This document shows positions 47,956-57,134 of a DNA stretch of 64,000 nt, piece by piece. The translations under genes were made by a program, and so were the position numbers. This DNA comes from Candidatus Latescibacterota bacterium. GTDB lineage: Bacteria; Latescibacterota; UBA2968; GCA-2709665. The notes beneath the pieces are model-generated. The model made no database searches and was not told where the DNA came from. It saw only the letters and a list, made by a program, of their open reading frames with translations. The stretch is from assembly GCA_965219995.1 (NCBI GenBank), contig CBDCOX010000002.1:5344001-5408000 (forward strand), given 5' to 3'. Position 1 is the first letter of the stretch, and each line of letters opens with the position of its first letter.

Positions 47956-50346
47956 ATGCGACTGAGAACCCTGTTTGTTCTGCTGTCCGGCACGTTCCTG
48001 ATCGTGCCGCCGATTCACGCCGAAGAGGCCGGAGAAGGCGCCCAGGTCATCGAGGAACTGGTCGTCACCGCCCGGCGGCGGGAGGAGACCGTCCAGGAGG
48101 TGCCCATCCCGGTAACCGCGCTGGGCGGCGAGGCGCTCAGGGACCGGGCTGCGGACGACCTGACGGACCTGACCCGGCTCACGCCGAACATGAACTTCAA
48201 CGTCTCGGGCGTTTCCCGGAACACCGCAAGCGTCTTCCTGCGCGGCATCGGACAGGTCAACTGGGCGCCTTCCCAAGACCCGAAGATCGGGACGTACGTG
48301 GACGGCGTGTACCTCGGCCGGCCACAGGGAGGCGTCTTCGACTTCATGGACATCGACCGGGTGGAGGTGCTGCGGGGTCCGCAGGGGACGCTGTTCGGGC
48401 GCAACACCACGGCGGGACTGGTGCACATCATCAGCAACCGGCCCACGGACGAGTTCGACTACTCGGTGGGCGCCGGCATCGGCAACGACAACGCGCGCAG
48501 GGTCGAGGGGATGCTCAACCTGCCGCTCAACGACGTGCTCGCCGCCCGCTTCGCGTTCCAGAGCCGCGAGGCCGACGGTTACGTCAGGAACGTCGGCACC
48601 GGCGAGGACTGGGGCGACGAGAACTCGACGAGCGCCAGGCTGTCCTTCCGCTGGACGCCGAACGACCGCGTCCACGCCGACCTGATCATCGAGGCGTACA
48701 AGGCCGACGAGACCGCCCTGCTCGGTTCCTGCGAGTGGAGCGGGCCGCCGAACGGCGCCAATACGGCGCCCTTCACGGTCATGTGGGCGGCCTGGGTCTT
48801 CAACGTCTACGACGAGATACGCAACGCGTGCATCGGCACGTCCCCCTACCGGTCCGACGACAACGACCCGGACAACAGCAGCGACGCCGAGACCTACAGT
48901 TACACGCTGGACCTGTCCGTCGACCTCGGCTTCGCCGACCTCACCTCCATCACCTCGTTCCGGGACCTCACCAGCTACAACGGTTCCTGGGGCTGGGGGA
49001 GCGACGCCGTTGGAACGGCTTCGCTGATCGAGGTGCTCGGCACGACGGATGACGACGGCGAGCAGTGGTCGCAGGAGTTCCGCCTGTCCGGCATCGCGAT
49101 GAACGACCGGCTCGACTGGGTGGTCGGCGTGTACGCGTTCGAGGAGAACAACGTCATCAACCTGGACGTGCCCCTCCTGCGCGGGGCGGTAGCGCCGGAC
49201 TGTGCGGTCTGGCCCGTCTGGTGCTTCCCCAGCGGCGTTCCCGGAGTTCCTCTGGGAGCTCTCGTCCAGGGAGCTTTCCAGATAAACGGCAGCCGCAACC
49301 AGGAGATGGACGGCACCAACGCCTCGCAGGCGGTCTTCGGCGAGATCACCTGGAGGTTCGCGGACGCGTGGTCCCTGACCGCCGGCGCGCGCTACTCCCG
49401 TGACAAGCGGGAGTTCGCTCGCTCCGATTGGTTCTTTGGGGGCGGGCTGCGTCCAGGCCACACCTGCCGCCCGGGCGCCGGGCCGGTACGCAACGGCACG
49501 ACCTGCATGGACGATGTCTCCTTCAGCGAAGTCACGCCCCGCGCGATCCTGAGCTGGGACATCGCCGAGAACGTGATGCTGTACGCCGGGTGGAGCAAGG
49601 GGTACTCGAGCGGCGGCTTCAACCAGGACGTGAACATCCGGCCGTACGACCCCGAGATCTCCGGAAACTGGGAAGGCGGCATGAAGTCGACCTGGGCCGA
49701 CGGCACCCGGTTGCTCAACCTCACGGCGTTCCACAACACCTACGAGAACCAGCAGATCACCGTGAGCCGCATCGTGAACGGCTTTCCGACGGCGGACCTG
49801 ATCAACGCCCAGGAGGCGACCCTGTTCGGCGTCGAGGGCGAGTTCCGCGTCGAACTGCCGGCCGGGTGGTACACCCAGGGGACGTTCGGCTGGATGAACG
49901 GCGACTACGACGAGTTCACGGTCCTGGACAACCTCGGCCTGCTCGGACAGGCGCCCGTCATCGTCGAGCGCGACCTCTCCCACACGGAGACCATCCGCGG
50001 CGCCCCGTACACGTACAGCCTCGCGCTGGGCAAGACCCAGGTCCTCGCGAATGGCGGCTTGCTGGCCGGGCAGGTCGGATGGGCCTTCCGCGGACGCACC
50101 TACAACACGCTCGAGACCCGGCAAAGCTCCCGCCAGGGCAAGTACGGGCTGCTCGACGCCCGCTTCGTGTGGGCGCTCCCGAACGGCCAGACCAGCATCT
50201 CCGTCACCGGCAACAATCTGCTGGGGCGGGTGTACTACCTGGGTGCGGTCGACCTGACGGGGCCCGGCGACCTCGGCACGAATTCGAAGTACTGGGCCGA
50301 ACCGCGACGCTTCCGGCTGGAGGTGACGCACCGCCTCGGGCGGTAG
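47956..50346 (+). CDS. TonB-dependent receptor
   Basis: IEELVVTARRREE, YVDGVY, DIDRVEVLRGPQGTLFGRN, GNNLL...EPRRF. Confidence 0.95.
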   Translation: MRLRTLFVLLSGTFLIVPPIHAEEAGEGAQVIEELVVTARRREETVQEVPIPVTALGGEALRDRAADDLTDLTRLTPNMNFNVSGVSRNTASVFLRGIGQVNWAPSQDPKIGTYVDGVYLGRPQGGVFDFMDIDRVEVLRGPQGTLFGRNTTAGLVHIISNRPTDEFDYSVGAGIGNDNARRVEGMLNLPLNDVLAARFAFQSREADGYVRNVGTGEDWGDENSTSARLSFRWTPNDRVHADLIIEAYKADETALLGSCEWSGPPNGANTAPFTVMWAAWVFNVYDEIRNACIGTSPYRSDDNDPDNSSDAETYSYTLDLSVDLGFADLTSITSFRDLTSYNGSWGWGSDAVGTASLIEVLGTTDDDGEQWSQEFRLSGIAMNDRLDWVVGVYAFEENNVINLDVPLLRGAVAPDCAVWPVWCFPSGVPGVPLGALVQGAFQINGSRNQEMDGTNASQAVFGEITWRFADAWSLTAGARYSRDKREFARSDWFFGGGLRPGHTCRPGAGPVRNGTTCMDDVSFSEVTPRAILSWDIAENVMLYAGWSKGYSSGGFNQDVNIRPYDPEISGNWEGGMKSTWADGTRLLNLTAFHNTYENQQITVSRIVNGFPTADLINAQEATLFGVEGEFRVELPAGWYTQGTFGWMNGDYDEFTVLDNLGLLGQAPVIVERDLSHTETIRGAPYTYSLALGKTQVLANGGLLAGQVGWAFRGRTYNTLETRQSSRQGKYGLLDARFVWALPNGQTSISVTGNNLLGRVYYLGAVDLTGPGDLGTNSKYWAEPRRFRLEVTHRLGR

Positions 50347-50493
50347 CGCGGCTTCAGGGCACGACGCCCGTCTCCGGGGCATCGGGGGCGGGCGGCCGGC
50401 GCATGGGTGTCCTCGCCGAACACGAGGACGTGTCCACCCCGGCGGCTGCTGATAGCATCCCCAGCCGCGCCCTAAGTCACGACGCCAGAACCC

Positions 50494-52006
50494 ATGCCCC
50501 TGCTCGACGACGACCAGATGTCCCGTTTCCTCGGCGACGGCTTCCTGGTGCTGCGGCCCCCGGAGCTCGACGCCGGGTATCACCGCACGATGTTCCACGC
50601 CGCCAGCGACCTCTACGACGAGGGGAAGCAGGTGGGCGGCGACGCCATGCACCTGCAGTACTTCGGCGACAACCTGATCGCGCGCCTGCCGGGCATCGAG
50701 CAACTGCTCCGCTGCTCGACCGTCGACGGAGCGCTGACGAGCATCCTGGGCGAGGGCTACGTCCTGTACCCGCATCACTACGTGCATGCCTCGTCGCACG
50801 ACGACCAAGGCTTTCACCAGGACGGCAACCTGCCCTGGAACGAGCGCGGGCACTACCGCTCGCACCGCCCGAACTGGGCCATGCTGTTCTACTACCCGCA
50901 GGACGTGACCGACGAGAACGGGCCCACCGAGGTCGTGCCCGGCTCGCAGTACTGGACGCGGGACTTCGAACACGGCGACCGCTGGCACCCCGGCGACCCG
51001 GTCGACCCGTCCTTCTTCACCGACCAGGTCGGCGCCCATCCCGACCTCGACCATCGCGCATCGCGGCGTGCGCCAGCACCCGGACTTTGGCGGACGGCGG
51101 TACATGTACAAGTTCTGCTTCTGCCGTACGCGGGAACCCGAAGGGCCTTCCTGGCGCAACGACGCCAGGCTGCCGACCCGCCACGGGCCGTTCGCCGCCT
51201 ACCGACCGATCATCGAGCGGAACTGGGCATGGCTGCGCGGCGAGACGCCGGAGCCGAGCGCCGACACCGCCCGCCACGCCGGCGCGGCCCGCCTCGCGGC
51301 AGCGAAAACGGAAGACGCGCGCATGGAAGCGGCGTACGTCCTCGGCAGCCGCGCGCAGTGCGACGACGAGGCCCTGGACGAACTCGCCGCGGCCCTGGTG
51401 CACGAACGGGAGTCCGTCCGCCGGGCGAGCGGCTACGGTCTCGGCATCGCCGGCGACCGCGCACTCGACGTCCTGTGCGTGGCCGCGAACCATGCCGATG
51501 CTCCCGTCCGCCGCGTTGCCGTGTTCGCCCTGGGCGAGACCCGCTCCCGCCAGGACCGCGCGATCGACGCGCTCGCGACGCGCCTAGCCGACCCGGACGA
51601 CCTCGTGCGCTCCAACGCCGCCTGCGCGCTCGGCAACCTCGGTCGCCGCAAGGAACTTCCCGCGGGCGCCACCGGGGCACTCATCGACCGTCTCGACCCC
51701 GAGGCCGAAGCGGACAACTCCGCCATCTTCGGGATGAGCCGTTCGACCGTGCGCGAGAGCGTCGCCTGGGCGCTGCTGCAGCTCGCCACGAACGGACATC
51801 TGTCCGCGTCGCAGCGGGAGCGTTTCGCGGAACTCGCGTTCCGGGACCACGACCGCTACGTCCGCGGACTCGCGGTCAAGGCGCTCATCCACCCGGCGGC
51901 CGGCGAGGTTCCCCGCTGGATGCGGCCGCTGCTGGCGGCCCTGGACCGCGGCCACTACCTGCCCAGCCCGGCAGCGCACGAACACGCCCATGAGGGCGGG
52001 GCATAG
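50494..52006 (+). pseudogene. PhyH-like 2OG-Fe(II) dioxygenase with C-terminal HEAT repeats, frameshifted
   Basis: FHQDG, YYPQDV..ENGPTEVVPGSQYW; HRG...RYMYKF plus HEAT repeats in second frame; CATCGCG tandem at 51052-51065. Confidence 0.8.
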
Positions 52007-52015
52007 TCTGGCCCC

Positions 52016-52429
52016 TCATCCCTGCGACGGACTTGGCGCCTCGTCGGTGTCCTGGCCGAACACGAGCACGTGCCCGGCCGGGTCCGTTGTCTCGAACTCC
52101 TTCATGCCGTAGAAGCGCACGACGATGTCCGTCGCCGGCCAGCCGCTCTCCGTCACGGAACGGTGCAGGGCCGAGACGTCGTCGACATACAGGTAGTAGA
52201 GCGTCTGCGGGTGCCGCCCGTCGATCCGCGGCGCGAGCGGGATGTACGTGGGGCTCGCGAGCATGATGCGCGCCCCGCCGCACTGCACCGACGCCCAGCC
52301 GCTACGGCCCACGTCGTCCATGCGGTCGCGGACCTCGAAACCGAGGATGTCGGTGTAGAAGGCAAGGACTTCCTGCACGTCCTCGCAGATCAGCATGGGC
52401 ACGAGGCCGGAGATTCGGGCGGCGAGCAT
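52016..52429 (-). CDS. VOC/glyoxalase-bleomycin resistance family protein
   Basis: LAFYTDILGF, YLYVDDV, FYGMKEF...DPAGHVLVFGQ. Confidence 0.9.
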   Translation of the reverse strand: MLAARISGLVPMLICEDVQEVLAFYTDILGFEVRDRMDDVGRSGWASVQCGGARIMLASPTYIPLAPRIDGRHPQTLYYLYVDDVSALHRSVTESGWPATDIVVRFYGMKEFETTDPAGHVLVFGQDTDEAPSPSQG

Positions 52430-52455
52430 GAGCTGGTCCTTCGTTCGTTTTTTCT

Positions 52456-52486
52456 TGAAAATTGGACGTATATCGTCCAATTTTCA
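52456..52486. promoter_or_regulatory. Perfect 13-bp inverted repeat (operator-like)
   Basis: TGAAAATTGGACG-tatat-CGTCCAATTTTCA in the divergent intergenic region, 15 bp before ATPase ATG. Confidence 0.75.
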
Positions 52487-52501
52487 TGGTATGGTACAAC
52501 G

Positions 52502-53653
52502 ATGTTGCCTCGCACCGGACATCAGCAGGCCCTTGAAGCGCTATTGGACGACAGCCCCGTCGTCGCACTCATTGGTGCCCGCCAGGTCGGCAAAACCACC
52601 CTCGCCCGACAACTCGCGCGAGTGTATCCCCAACCTTCACACCCGTTCGACCTGGAATCCAGCGCGGACCTTGCCCGCCTGGCCGACCCGTTGCTGGCAC
52701 TGGCTCCGCTCGAGGGGCTCGTGGTCCTCGATGAGGTCCAGCGTCGTCCGGAGCTCTTTCCCACCCTGCGCGTACTGGCCGACCGCCGACCTCTGCCCGC
52801 CCGCTTCCTCGTGCTCGGCAGTGCATCGCCGGACCTCCTGCGCCAGAGTTCGGAGTCCCTCGCGGGACGCGTGGCCTACTACGAGCTGCCGTGCCTCTCG
52901 CTCTGTGAGTCGGGGACCGCGGAACTCGACCAGCTCTGGCTGCGCGGCGGCTTTCCGGCATCGTTCACGGCGCGCAACGATGCGGCCAGCTATCGATGGC
53001 GCCGGGACTTCGTGCGCACCTTCCTGGAGCGCGACATCTCCCAGCTGGGGATCGCCATCCCCGGAGCTACCCTCGAGCGCTTCTGGACGATGCTCGCCCA
53101 CTATCACGCGCAGATTTGGAACGGTTCGGAACTCGGGAGGGCCTTCGGCGTATCCCACCACGCCGTGCGACGGTATCTCGACGCCCTGCAGAGCACGTTC
53201 ATGATACGCAGCCTGAAGCCCTGGAGCGCCAATCTGGGCAAGCGGCAGGTCAAGTCGCCCAAGGTCTACGTTCGGGACTCCGGACTCATGCACCGCCTGC
53301 TCGGCATCGGCACGCGAGAGCAACTCGAACGCCACCCCAAGGTGGGCGCATCGTGGGAAGGCTTCGTCATCGAGAACGTGATTCGCACGCTCGAAGCCGA
53401 CGAGCGAGACTGCTTTTTCTGGGCGGCGCACGCCGGTGCGGAGATCGACCTGATCGTGCAGAGCGGAGGTAGACTGCGGGGCTTCGAGGTGAAGCGCACG
53501 AGTGCGCCCGCGATCACCCGATCCATGCGCGCCGCCGCCGCTAGCCTGGAACTCGACTCCCTCGACGTCCTGCACGCGGGCGCCGAGAGTTTTCCGCTCG
53601 GCGACGGGTTTCGGGCAGTTGCCGCCGCACGCATGCTGGACGATCTTCCCTGA
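52502..53653 (+). CDS. AAA+ ATPase with DUF4143 domain (COG1373)
   Basis: GARQVGKTT, VLDEVQ, LGSAS, ESLAGR, RGGFP, KSPKVYVRDSG, GASWEG, AEIDLIV...GFEVKR. Confidence 0.93.
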   Translation: MLPRTGHQQALEALLDDSPVVALIGARQVGKTTLARQLARVYPQPSHPFDLESSADLARLADPLLALAPLEGLVVLDEVQRRPELFPTLRVLADRRPLPARFLVLGSASPDLLRQSSESLAGRVAYYELPCLSLCESGTAELDQLWLRGGFPASFTARNDAASYRWRRDFVRTFLERDISQLGIAIPGATLERFWTMLAHYHAQIWNGSELGRAFGVSHHAVRRYLDALQSTFMIRSLKPWSANLGKRQVKSPKVYVRDSGLMHRLLGIGTREQLERHPKVGASWEGFVIENVIRTLEADERDCFFWAAHAGAEIDLIVQSGGRLRGFEVKRTSAPAITRSMRAAAASLELDSLDVLHAGAESFPLGDGFRAVAAARMLDDLP

Positions 53654-53682
53654 CACGTCGACACCACAAGGAGAACCCGAGC

Positions 53683-54669
53683 ATGGCCGAAACACCGTTG
53701 GGCGTCACCGTCGGGAGCCTCGCCGTGCTCGGCCCGCGCGCGACCCCGGAGATCGCGCGATTGGCCGAGTCGATGGGCTACGGGTCGCTCTGGACGGCCG
53801 AGGCCACCGGCACGGACGCGTTCACCCCGCTGGCGACGGTGTCCGCAGTGGCTCCCGGCATGGGCCTCGGGACGGGCATCGTCCCCATCCAGCTCCGCAC
53901 GCCCGCGCTCGCCGCGATGTCCGCCGCGACGCTGCAGGCGCTGAGTCCGGATGCGGACGTCTGGCTGGGATTGGGTGTGTCGGCGCCCGCCATCCTGCGC
54001 CAGCACGGGCAGCCTCCCGCGGACCGGCCGCTCGCCATGATGCGGGAGTACGTCGCCCTCATGCGCGAGTGCCTGTCGGGGGAGTCCGTGACCTTCGAGG
54101 GCGACTTCTGGCAAGTGCGCCGGTTCCGCCTCGGCGTGCGGCAGGGAGAACGTCGGCCGAAGATCGTGATGGCGGCGCTGAACCCGCGCATGCTCCGCCT
54201 CGCCGGCGAGATCGCCGACGGCGTGCTGTTGAACTACATTCCGGCATCCCACATCGGGCCGTCCATCGAGCACGTCCGCGCCGGCGGCGACGCGACGGTG
54301 TTCGCCTACGTGCACGCCGCCGTCGGCGATTTCGAGCGGCGCGCCGGGTCGGCCCGCCGGGACCTCTTCAACTACGCGATGGCGGACGGTTACGCGCGCA
54401 TGTTCCGGGCCAGCGGCTTCGCCGACGAGGTCGACGAGGTGCGCGCGCGGCAGGCGGCGCGGGACCGGAACGGGGCGCTCGCGGCGGTGTCGGACCGGAT
54501 GATCCAGGCCATCGACTTCATCGGCGACGAGGACGCGGTCACGGACTTCGTACGCACCTACGTCGACGCGGGGGTCGAATACCCCGTGCTGATGCCGTTG
54601 CCCTGGGGCGACGACCGGTTCGCCGTGACCCGGGCGACCATGGCGGCCGCCGCGCGAGCGGTCGGATAA
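53683..54669 (+). CDS. LLM class flavin-dependent oxidoreductase
   Basis: AESMGYGSLWTAE, LGTGIVPIQLRTPA, LGLGVS, AALNPRMLRLAGEIADG. Confidence 0.92.
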   Translation: MAETPLGVTVGSLAVLGPRATPEIARLAESMGYGSLWTAEATGTDAFTPLATVSAVAPGMGLGTGIVPIQLRTPALAAMSAATLQALSPDADVWLGLGVSAPAILRQHGQPPADRPLAMMREYVALMRECLSGESVTFEGDFWQVRRFRLGVRQGERRPKIVMAALNPRMLRLAGEIADGVLLNYIPASHIGPSIEHVRAGGDATVFAYVHAAVGDFERRAGSARRDLFNYAMADGYARMFRASGFADEVDEVRARQAARDRNGALAAVSDRMIQAIDFIGDEDAVTDFVRTYVDAGVEYPVLMPLPWGDDRFAVTRATMAAAARAVG

Positions 54670-54749
54670 CGCCTGGCGCCTTGACCGCGCCGGCCTTCCC
54701 GTGAACACTTGGCGTCCCTTGCGGGGCGGCGCGGCAAAGCGCCGTCGGC

Positions 54750-54826
54750 GGGTGCGTAGCTCAGTTGGTTAGAGCGCTGTCTTCACATGGCAGAAGTCGC
54801 TGGTTCGAATCCAGCCGCGCCCACCA
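54750..54826 (+). tRNA. tRNA-Val(CAC)
   Basis: GGGTGCG/CGCGCCC acceptor stem, TAGCTCAGTTGGTTAGAGC D-arm, CTGTC-TTCACAT-GGCAG anticodon arm, GGTTCGAATCC T-arm, encoded CCA. Confidence 0.97.
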
Positions 54827-54958
54827 CCTTCGCCCCGCGTTTCGCGAGCCAGCTTGTCGATTGGCTCGCTGCGATGCCGGCACCCGCCCGGACACGCCGG
54901 TGCGCCTGGAACCGCACAACCCGTAGGAGACGCCCTTGCGCGGCGTCCCGTCGGGACG

Positions 54959-55402
54959 TCATGCGCGGACCGTCCTGGCGGCTGCGCCGAGGGCGACCAG
55001 CAGCCCCACCTTGACGAACTCCAGCACCGGATAGAGCCAGTGCAGCGAGGACGCCGGCACTTCCACCCCCCGGATGATCGTCTCCGCACGCGCGTCGAGA
55101 ATCGGCAGAAGCCCGAAGTACTGACCCGCGATCAGGGCCACGACCAACCCGAAGATCGCCGCCGGCACACGGCCCGGGCGCAGCAGGGCGAAGAGGGCCG
55201 CCATCGCGGCCACGGCCGCGAACTCTATCCACTGCAGGGCGGTGAAGGTGACGCGGCCAACCTCGAGGGCGTGCGCCTGCGAGAGCGAGGGCGCGAGAAA
55301 CTTGACCGGAGTCGCGACGAAGCTGACCCCGAGCAGGAGCCCCGCCCAGAGCCACGCGAACAGGGCGAGCGCGTTACCCCGATGCCACGGCGCGCCATCC
55401 AT
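54959..55402 (-). CDS. DUF4149-like membrane protein
   Basis: LWAGLLLGVSFVATPVKFLAPSL...LEVGRVTF...LH.LY..LE..K; four hydrophobic segments. Confidence 0.75.
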   Translation of the reverse strand: MDGAPWHRGNALALFAWLWAGLLLGVSFVATPVKFLAPSLSQAHALEVGRVTFTALQWIEFAAVAAMAALFALLRPGRVPAAIFGLVVALIAGQYFGLLPILDARAETIIRGVEVPASSLHWLYPVLEFVKVGLLVALGAAARTVRA

Positions 55403-55415
55403 CCCGCCTCCTGCT

Positions 55416-56978
55416 TCAGGGCCGGTAAGGCACCCGCGGCTCGCCGAGCTGCGTGCGCAACACCCGCTGCGCCTCCTCCGCGAACTCGCAGAGCACCGTG
55501 CGCGTCTCCCGCGGATCGATGATGTCCTGGCCCGTCGCCTCGGCCGTGCGGAACGGCGAAGCGACCGCGTGCAGCCGCGCCTCGATCTCGAGTCGCTTGG
55601 CTTCCGGGTCCGCCGCGCTGTCGATCTCACGCCGGTAGGCCGCCGAAGTCCCGCCCGCGATGGGCATGGAGCCCCAGGTCGCGGACGGCCAGGCGTAGCG
55701 CCGGAACATGCCGCTCGCCCGGTGATGCGTCGAGCCGGCCACGCCGAACACGCGGCCGATCGCGAGGGTGATGAGGGGCATCCGCGTCTGCGACGTCACC
55801 ACGAGCAACTGGGCTCCGGCGCGCTCGATGCCCTGCTTCTCCGCCTCGAGCCCGACCATGAACCCCGGTTCGTCACAGAGGCTGACGACCGGCAGGTGGA
55901 AGACGTCGCAGAGCTGCAGCAGCCGCATGACCTTGCTGCCCCCGGCCACGTCCGTCGCGCCGCCGTGGTGACGCGGGTTGTTGGCCATCACGCCCACCGG
56001 ATAGCCGTTCAGCCGGCCGAGGCCCGTGATCCGCGCGCGTCCGTAGCGGGGCGCGATCTCGAAGAACGATCCCGTGTCCAGCACGGAGTGGATGAGCCTG
56101 TAGATATCGTAGATCTTGCGGCGGTCCCGCGGCATCAGGTCGAGCAGGGCCTCGTCGCGCCGCTCCGGGTCGTCGTCGGTCGGGCCGCGGGGCGCCATCT
56201 CCCAGACGTTCGACGGCAGGTAGCCGAGGAAGGCCCGGATCATCTCGAAGGCCTCCTCCTCGGTGTTCGCCAGGTTGTCGACGCTGCCGCTGACGCGCGT
56301 GTGGATGTGCGCGCCGCCGAGGTCGTCCTTCGAGATGTCGTAGCCGAGGGCGGCCTTCACCACCGGCGGTCCCCCCGGGAAGAGCTGGCTCGTGTCCTTC
56401 ACCATCACGTTGAAGTGCGCGAGGCAGGCATGGATGGCCGGCCCGCCCGCGACGGAGCCCATCACCGCCGCCACGACGGGTACCTTCGACAGCATGTCGA
56501 CATCGATCAGCCACCACGAACTGCCGTCCGGCAGGTACGTGCGGCCGATCTCCTCGAAGTGCCTTACGCTCCCGCCGGCGGCGTCGAGGAGGCGGACGAA
56601 CGGCACTTTCCACTCCCGCGCGCGCTCGTTCGGCGCAAGCTCCGAGCCCATGCCGCCCCCGCCGCCGCCGGAACCGCCCCGGATGGTGAAGTCGCCGGCC
56701 GTCAGCACGATCTTCCGTCCGTCCACGCGGGCCGTGCCCTCGACGACGGCGCGCGGGACGAAGGACTTGAGTTCGTTGTCCTCGTAGGTCCCCTCGCCCG
56801 CCAGCGAGTAGAACTCGCGGAACGATCCGTCGTCCACGAAGCCGGCGATGCGCTCGCGCGCCGTCAGCTTGCCGTGCCGGTGCTGACGCTCGACGCCTTC
56901 GGGACCGCCCATCCGCTCGCGCAGACGCCGGCGCCGTTCGATCTCGGCCACTTCCGCACGCCAGCCCCGTTCTTCCAT
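55416..56978 (-). CDS. Acyl-CoA carboxylase carboxyltransferase subunit
   Basis: GKLTARERI, DFTIRGGS, GPPVVKAALG, LGGAHIH, DEPGFMVG, IIDPRETR. Confidence 0.93.
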   Translation of the reverse strand: MEERGWRAEVAEIERRRRLRERMGGPEGVERQHRHGKLTARERIAGFVDDGSFREFYSLAGEGTYEDNELKSFVPRAVVEGTARVDGRKIVLTAGDFTIRGGSGGGGGGMGSELAPNERAREWKVPFVRLLDAAGGSVRHFEEIGRTYLPDGSSWWLIDVDMLSKVPVVAAVMGSVAGGPAIHACLAHFNVMVKDTSQLFPGGPPVVKAALGYDISKDDLGGAHIHTRVSGSVDNLANTEEEAFEMIRAFLGYLPSNVWEMAPRGPTDDDPERRDEALLDLMPRDRRKIYDIYRLIHSVLDTGSFFEIAPRYGRARITGLGRLNGYPVGVMANNPRHHGGATDVAGGSKVMRLLQLCDVFHLPVVSLCDEPGFMVGLEAEKQGIERAGAQLLVVTSQTRMPLITLAIGRVFGVAGSTHHRASGMFRRYAWPSATWGSMPIAGGTSAAYRREIDSAADPEAKRLEIEARLHAVASPFRTAEATGQDIIDPRETRTVLCEFAEEAQRVLRTQLGEPRVPYRP

Positions 56979-57134
56979 CTCGTCGCGCCCCTTCGTCCCC
57001 AACTCCAGCCGGCAATGGTCACTTAGGCGCACCCGCCGCTGCAAGGAGACGCCGGCAAGAGCGGCTACAATGCGCGCCGCGAAAACCCCGCTCTCCGGCC
57101 CAACCCGAACCAAGCAGTACCAGGGAGGTCAACC

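Noticed and set aside
47479-51159. Long antisense ORFs (1226 aa here; also 30710-34057, 43750-46638, 4044-6683, 25665-28094)
   Set aside because: Typical stop-poor antisense or alternate frames of high-GC genes, with no motifs
54750-54826. tRNA-Val as island integration site
   Set aside because: No integrase and no duplicated tRNA 3' end noticed in the window
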